Origin: Anaerolineae bacterium
GTDB lineage: Bacteria; Chloroflexota; Anaerolineae; S140-20
Reading direction: 5' to 3'
DNA length: 64,000 bases
Assembly (NCBI GenBank): GCA_027021705.1
Contig: JALUTT010000176.1
Span: 1 to 64,000, forward strand
This document shows, piece after piece, positions 59,959 through 64,000 of the stretch. The notes beneath the pieces are model-generated. The model ran no database searches and was not told the DNA's origin. It saw only the letters and a program-made list of their open reading frames with translations. A program made the translations under genes and the position numbers. The stretch's first letter is position 1, and every line of letters begins with the position of its first letter.

Positions 59959-60945
59959 ATGCTTGAGCTACGGGTGCTCTCCGGTGAGGAGGTCCGCCAG
60001 GCGCTCCCGATGGCGGAGGCCATTGAGGCGATGAAAACGGCCTACGCCCAACTCTCGACCGGTCGGGCCACGGTGCCCCTGCGCACCCCCATCGAGGTAC
60101 CAGCTCACCACGGGCTGGTCCTTTTTATGCCCGCTTACCTGGCCGGCGACGACCAGATGGCGATCAAGATCGTCTCCGTCTTCTCCGACAACCCGGCCCG
60201 GGGACTCCCCCTCATCCACGCCCTCGTCGTCGTGGTGGACCCGACGACGGGCCGACCGGCAGCGGTGATGGACGGCACCGTCTTGACCGCCCTGCGCACA
60301 GGGGCGGCCTCGGGGGCGGCCACGGACCTGCTGGCCCGCCCCGACAGCCACGTGGCCGCCGTCTTCGGGGCCGGCGTCCAAGGGCGCACCCAACTGGAAG
60401 CCGTCTGCGCCGTGCGCCCCATCGAGCAAGCCTGGATCTACGATCCCAAGCCTCCGGCAGCCCGGGCCTACGCCGAGGAGATGGGCGCTCGCCTGGGCAT
60501 CCCGGTGCGGCCGGCCGCCACCCCCGCCGAGGCGGTGCGGGAAGCCGACGTGATCTGCACGGCGACGACCTCCGCCACGCCGGTCTTCGATGACGCCGAC
60601 CTGAAGCCGGGTGTCCACATCAACGCCATCGGTGCCTACACGCCCCAGATGCAGGAAATCCCGGCGGAGACGGTCGTCCGAGCCCGCGTGGTGGTGGACC
60701 ATCGGCCCGCCGCCCTGGCCGAGGCCGGTGACCTGATCATCCCCTTGCAGCGCGGGCTGATCACCGAGGACCACCTGGAGGCCGAGATCGGCGAGATCGT
60801 TGCCGGCCTCAAACCCGGTCGGACGACGCCGGAGGAGATCACCCTCTTCAAGTCGGTGGGGGTCGCGGTGCAAGACGTGGCCGCCGCTGCTCAGGTCCTG
60901 GCGGCCGCCGAGCGCCGGGGGCTGGGGAGCGTCGTCGCCCTCTGA
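59959..60945 (+). CDS. Ornithine cyclodeaminase / mu-crystallin family protein
   Basis: LFMPAY, LTALRTGAASG, GAGVQG, HINAIGA, LFKSVGVAVQD. Confidence 0.92.
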   Translation: MLELRVLSGEEVRQALPMAEAIEAMKTAYAQLSTGRATVPLRTPIEVPAHHGLVLFMPAYLAGDDQMAIKIVSVFSDNPARGLPLIHALVVVVDPTTGRPAAVMDGTVLTALRTGAASGAATDLLARPDSHVAAVFGAGVQGRTQLEAVCAVRPIEQAWIYDPKPPAARAYAEEMGARLGIPVRPAATPAEAVREADVICTATTSATPVFDDADLKPGVHINAIGAYTPQMQEIPAETVVRARVVVDHRPAALAEAGDLIIPLQRGLITEDHLEAEIGEIVAGLKPGRTTPEEITLFKSVGVAVQDVAAAAQVLAAAERRGLGSVVAL

Positions 60946-60988
60946 ACCCGCAGCCCCCCTCCGCATACAGCGCATCAGGAGGTCGGAT

Positions 60989-61930
60989 ATGTTGCGACCG
61001 CTCTTTCTCTATCTGTCGAGGAATGACCTGGCCCGGCGGTTCGTGATGGGGTTTCCGCTGGCGCGGCGGGCCTCCCTCCGCTTCGTCGCCGGCGAGACGC
61101 TGGACGACGCGATGGCCGCCGTCCGCGCCTTTCAGGCCCGGGGCATCCACGCCACGATGGACCACCTGGGGGAGAACGTCTACAACGAGGCCGACACCCG
61201 GCGGGCAGCCGACGAGTACGTGGAGCTCCTGGAGCGGATCCACCAGGAGGGAGGCTGGAACGGGCACATCCCCCACTGCTCCGTCAAGCTCACCCAGTTG
61301 GGGCTGGACATCGGCCCGGATCTGGCCGAGGAGAACCTGGAGCGGGTGGTAGCGAAGGCCCAGGAGATCGGCACCTTTGTCCGCATTGATATGGAAAGCT
61401 CCGACTACACGGACGCGACCTTGGAGATCTACCGCCGCTTGCGGTCGCGTTACGACAACCTGGGGGTCGTCATCCAAGCCTACCTCTACCGCAGCGAGCG
61501 GGATGTGCGGCAGCTCATCGAGGAAGGCATCGCCAACATCCGGCTGTGCAAAGGGGCCTACAAAGAGCCCCCCACCATCGCCTTCCCCAAGAAGGCCGAC
61601 GTGAACACCAACTTCGTCAACCTGATGGAACTGCTGCTCAGCCGCGAGGCGCTGGAGAAGGGGGCCTACCTGGCCGTCGCCACCCACGACGAGAAGATGA
61701 TCGCCGCCACCCGTGCCTGGGAGGCCGCCCACCAGGTGCCCCGCGACCGCTTCGAGTTCCAGATGTTGCACGGCATCCGGCGGGACCTGCAGGAGAAACT
61801 GGCCGCCGAAGGGTACACCGTGCGCATCTACATCCCCTATGGCACCGAGTGGTATCCCTACTTTATGCGCCGCCTGGCCGAGCGGCCGGCCAACGTCTGG
61901 TTCATCGTCAGCAACCTCTTCCGCCGCTGA
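60989..61930 (+). CDS. Monofunctional proline dehydrogenase
   Basis: RFVAGE, SVKLTQLG, RIDME, RLCKGAY, ATHD, YFMRRLAERPAN. Confidence 0.95.
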   Translation: MLRPLFLYLSRNDLARRFVMGFPLARRASLRFVAGETLDDAMAAVRAFQARGIHATMDHLGENVYNEADTRRAADEYVELLERIHQEGGWNGHIPHCSVKLTQLGLDIGPDLAEENLERVVAKAQEIGTFVRIDMESSDYTDATLEIYRRLRSRYDNLGVVIQAYLYRSERDVRQLIEEGIANIRLCKGAYKEPPTIAFPKKADVNTNFVNLMELLLSREALEKGAYLAVATHDEKMIAATRAWEAAHQVPRDRFEFQMLHGIRRDLQEKLAAEGYTVRIYIPYGTEWYPYFMRRLAERPANVWFIVSNLFRR

Positions 61931-61989
61931 CCTTCCGGCCCTCCCTCCCCCCAAGCCCCTGGTCTCGACGGCAAACGGACAGAAGTCGG

Positions 61990-62051
61990 CGGATTGGGGA
62001 ACGGATTGAGCGGATGAGAGAGCCCTCCTCTCCGTTCAATCCGTTCTCCCC
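61990..62051. repeat. Palindromic element related to the 49-bp integron repeat
   Basis: GGGGAACGGATTGAGCGGA...TCCGTTCAATCCGTTCTCCC. Confidence 0.7.
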
Positions 62052-62133
62052 TTTTGACCGGTCCGAGGGCCTGTGTTACAATGGGCCTTCGCCCGACGAG
62101 ACAACGGTGGAAGGGTTCGTAGGAGGAGAACCG

Positions 62134-63003
62134 GTGCTACGGGGATACGGCCTGATCCTGCTGGCAGCCTTTCTGTGGAGCACCCTGGGCCTCTTCTACA
62201 ACCGGCTGCTCCACCACCACGACCTGACGACGACGACCATCGCCTTCTTCCGGGCAGCCGTGGCCTCGCTCACCCTCTTCGTCGGGCTGAGCGGACGGGC
62301 GGGGCGCTGGCCGGCCATCTCGCGCCGGGAGGTGCCCTTCTACGCCCTCTTCGGGGCCTTCGGCGTGGCCGCTTTCTTCCTCGTCTACATCCGGGCCATT
62401 GACCGGGTGGGGATGGGGGTGGCCGCCGTGCTCCTCTACACCGCGCCGGCCTGGGTTGCCCTCATCGCCGCCCTCTTCCTGGGCGAGCCCCTGACCCGCC
62501 GCAAGGGGGTGGCCCTGCTCCTCGCCTTCGGCGGGGCCGCCCTGGTCGCCCGCATCTACCACCTGGGGAGCGTCCGGCTGGACCTGGTGGGAATCCTCTT
62601 CGGGCTAGGGTCCGGGCTGACCTACGGCCTCTACACCATCTTCAGCAAGGTAGGGGTGCGCCGGCGCTCATCCTGGGAGGTCCTGGCCTACGCCCTGGGG
62701 TTCGGTGCCCTCTTTATGCTCCCCTGGCAATCGGCGGAGAGCCTGCGTCGGGCGGTGACCACGCCGGGAACCCTTCTCTGGCTCCTGGGCCTGGGGTGGC
62801 TTCCCACGCTGGGGGCCGGCGTCGCCTTCAACCAAGGGCTGAAGACGGTGCCGGCCAGCGGGGCCAGCATCGTCGCCAACCTGGAGCCGGCCCTGGCCGC
62901 CCTGTGGGGAGCCCTCTTCCTGCACGAGCGGCTGGAGCCCTTCCAGGTCCTCGGCGGCGCGATGATCCTGGGAGCGGTGCTCATCCTCCAGCGGGAAGGG
63001 TGA
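62134..63003 (+). CDS. EamA/DMT family transporter
   Basis: About 10 TMs, LLYTAPAWV...LGEP, ASIVANLEP; AGGAGG RBS; promoter TTGACC-N17-TACAAT at 62054-62082. Confidence 0.9.
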   Translation: MLRGYGLILLAAFLWSTLGLFYNRLLHHHDLTTTTIAFFRAAVASLTLFVGLSGRAGRWPAISRREVPFYALFGAFGVAAFFLVYIRAIDRVGMGVAAVLLYTAPAWVALIAALFLGEPLTRRKGVALLLAFGGAALVARIYHLGSVRLDLVGILFGLGSGLTYGLYTIFSKVGVRRRSSWEVLAYALGFGALFMLPWQSAESLRRAVTTPGTLLWLLGLGWLPTLGAGVAFNQGLKTVPASGASIVANLEPALAALWGALFLHERLEPFQVLGGAMILGAVLILQREG

Positions 63004-64000
63004 GGGCCTGGATCCGAAAGCTCTGCGTCGGCTCCAGCCCTGCCCGGCTCATCGCGGCCTCGTCGGCCATCACCTCCCACGGATCGCCGTTGGCGACGAC
63101 CTCCCCGCCGGCCAGCACGACCCAGCGGTCGGCGCACCGCTCCGCGAACTCCAGATCGTGGGTCACCAGCACCACCGTCTGACCACGGGCCCGCAGTGCC
63201 GCCAGCAACTCCCCCAACGCCCGGCGGAAGGGCCAGTCCTGCCCCGTCGTCGGCTCGTCCAGGACCAGCACCTCGGGCCGGGCGGCCAGGGCCGAGGCGA
63301 AGGCGACCCGCTTCTTCTCCCCCTCGCTCAGCCGGTAGGGGGATCGCTCCAGCAGCGGCTCCAGGTGGAAGAGGGCCACCAGCTCCCGCAGCCACCCCTC
63401 GTCGTAGCGCCCCAGCGCCCGCGCCCCCACCTCGATCTCCTCCCGCACCCGGAAGCGGAAGAACTGGTCGTTGGGGTTCTGGAAGGCCATCCCCACGTGG
63501 CGGGCCAGTTGGGAGACCTTCGCCCGGCGCGTCTCCCGGCCCAGCACCACCACCCGCCCCCGCCGGGGCCGGTAGAGGCCGTTGAACTGCTTGATCAGCG
63601 TCGTCTTGCCGGAGCCGTTGGCCCCCACCAGCGCCAGGCACTCGCCCGCCCGGAGGGTCAGGTCCACGCCCCGCAGGACCGGCGTCTTCCCGAAGGCGAA
63701 GGTGACCCCTTCGACCTGAAGCACGGGGACTCCGCCGGCCGGGCCGGGGGCGGACCGTGAGGGCAGGACCTCCGGCGGCAGGGCTCGCCCGTCGAGGGCC
63801 GGAGCCAGCTCCTCCACCGTGAGGGGAACCTCCGGCAGCCCCAGGGCCTGGGCCACCCGGACGACGGGGGGCAGGTTGAGCCCGAAGGGGGCCAGCTCCT
63901 CGGCCAGCACGCGCCTGGGCGGGCCGTCCAGCACGATCCGCCCTTGGTGGAGCACCACCATTCGGTCGGCGTCGGCGACGACGCGCTGGAGCCGGTGTTC
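62981..64000 (-). CDS. ECF-type (CbiO/EcfA) tandem ABC ATPase, 5' part outside the window
   Basis: End of a first ABC domain (EHRL...VVLHQG), then GANGSGKTT, FQNPNDQF, LSEGEKKR, LDEPTTGQD. Confidence 0.88.
   Translation of the reverse strand, partial: EHRLQRVVADADRMVVLHQGRIVLDGPPRRVLAEELAPFGLNLPPVVRVAQALGLPEVPLTVEELAPALDGRALPPEVLPSRSAPGPAGGVPVLQVEGVTFAFGKTPVLRGVDLTLRAGECLALVGANGSGKTTLIKQFNGLYRPRRGRVVVLGRETRRAKVSQLARHVGMAFQNPNDQFFRFRVREEIEVGARALGRYDEGWLRELVALFHLEPLLERSPYRLSEGEKKRVAFASALAARPEVLVLDEPTTGQDWPFRRALGELLAALRARGQTVVLVTHDLEFAERCADRWVVLAGGEVVANGDPWEVMADEAAMSRAGLEPTQSFRIQALTLPAGG

Overview
High-GC bacterial chromosome segment, most likely Chloroflexota/Anaerolineae. This is an inference from the archaeal-type ProRS, Pro/Thr-linker lipoproteins, C-terminal 'F/YLPxxxR' tails and 7-9-mer intergenic repeats. 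1-4020 is a decayed integron: an intI remnant with two internal deletions, a frameshifted small accessory gene, a promoter/repeat region with four 18-bp palindromes, a probable attI, and one complete AT-rich two-gene cassette (2-TM protein plus a bare NB-ARC/STAND ATPase) closed by an attC. 4.2-21.5 kb carries proS, nth, a phosphatase, a GH31 enzyme, an MFS-like protein, a LuxR-TM-Kelch regulator, a 122-bp tandem hairpin array, two LysM-M23 paralogs, a Cys-less thioredoxin, an M20 peptidase, an L,D-transpeptidase and a CapA lipoprotein. 21.7-46.4 kb holds a hemA-C-D-B-rSAM-L-E-H-Y operon, a NarX/PilJ-type hybrid kinase, a secreted beta-helix protein and cydABDC. Three IS66-type MITEs lie between 18 and 29 kb, one truncating hemD. 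48-64 kb holds a hybrid ABC locus: one lipoprotein fusing family-3 and family-5 binding domains, and a DppC with an inserted family-3 lobe. It is interrupted by solo nuclease-like genes and followed by ornithine cyclodeaminase, proline dehydrogenase, EamA and a partial ECF ATPase. All calls come from motif recognition by eye; no database searches were run.
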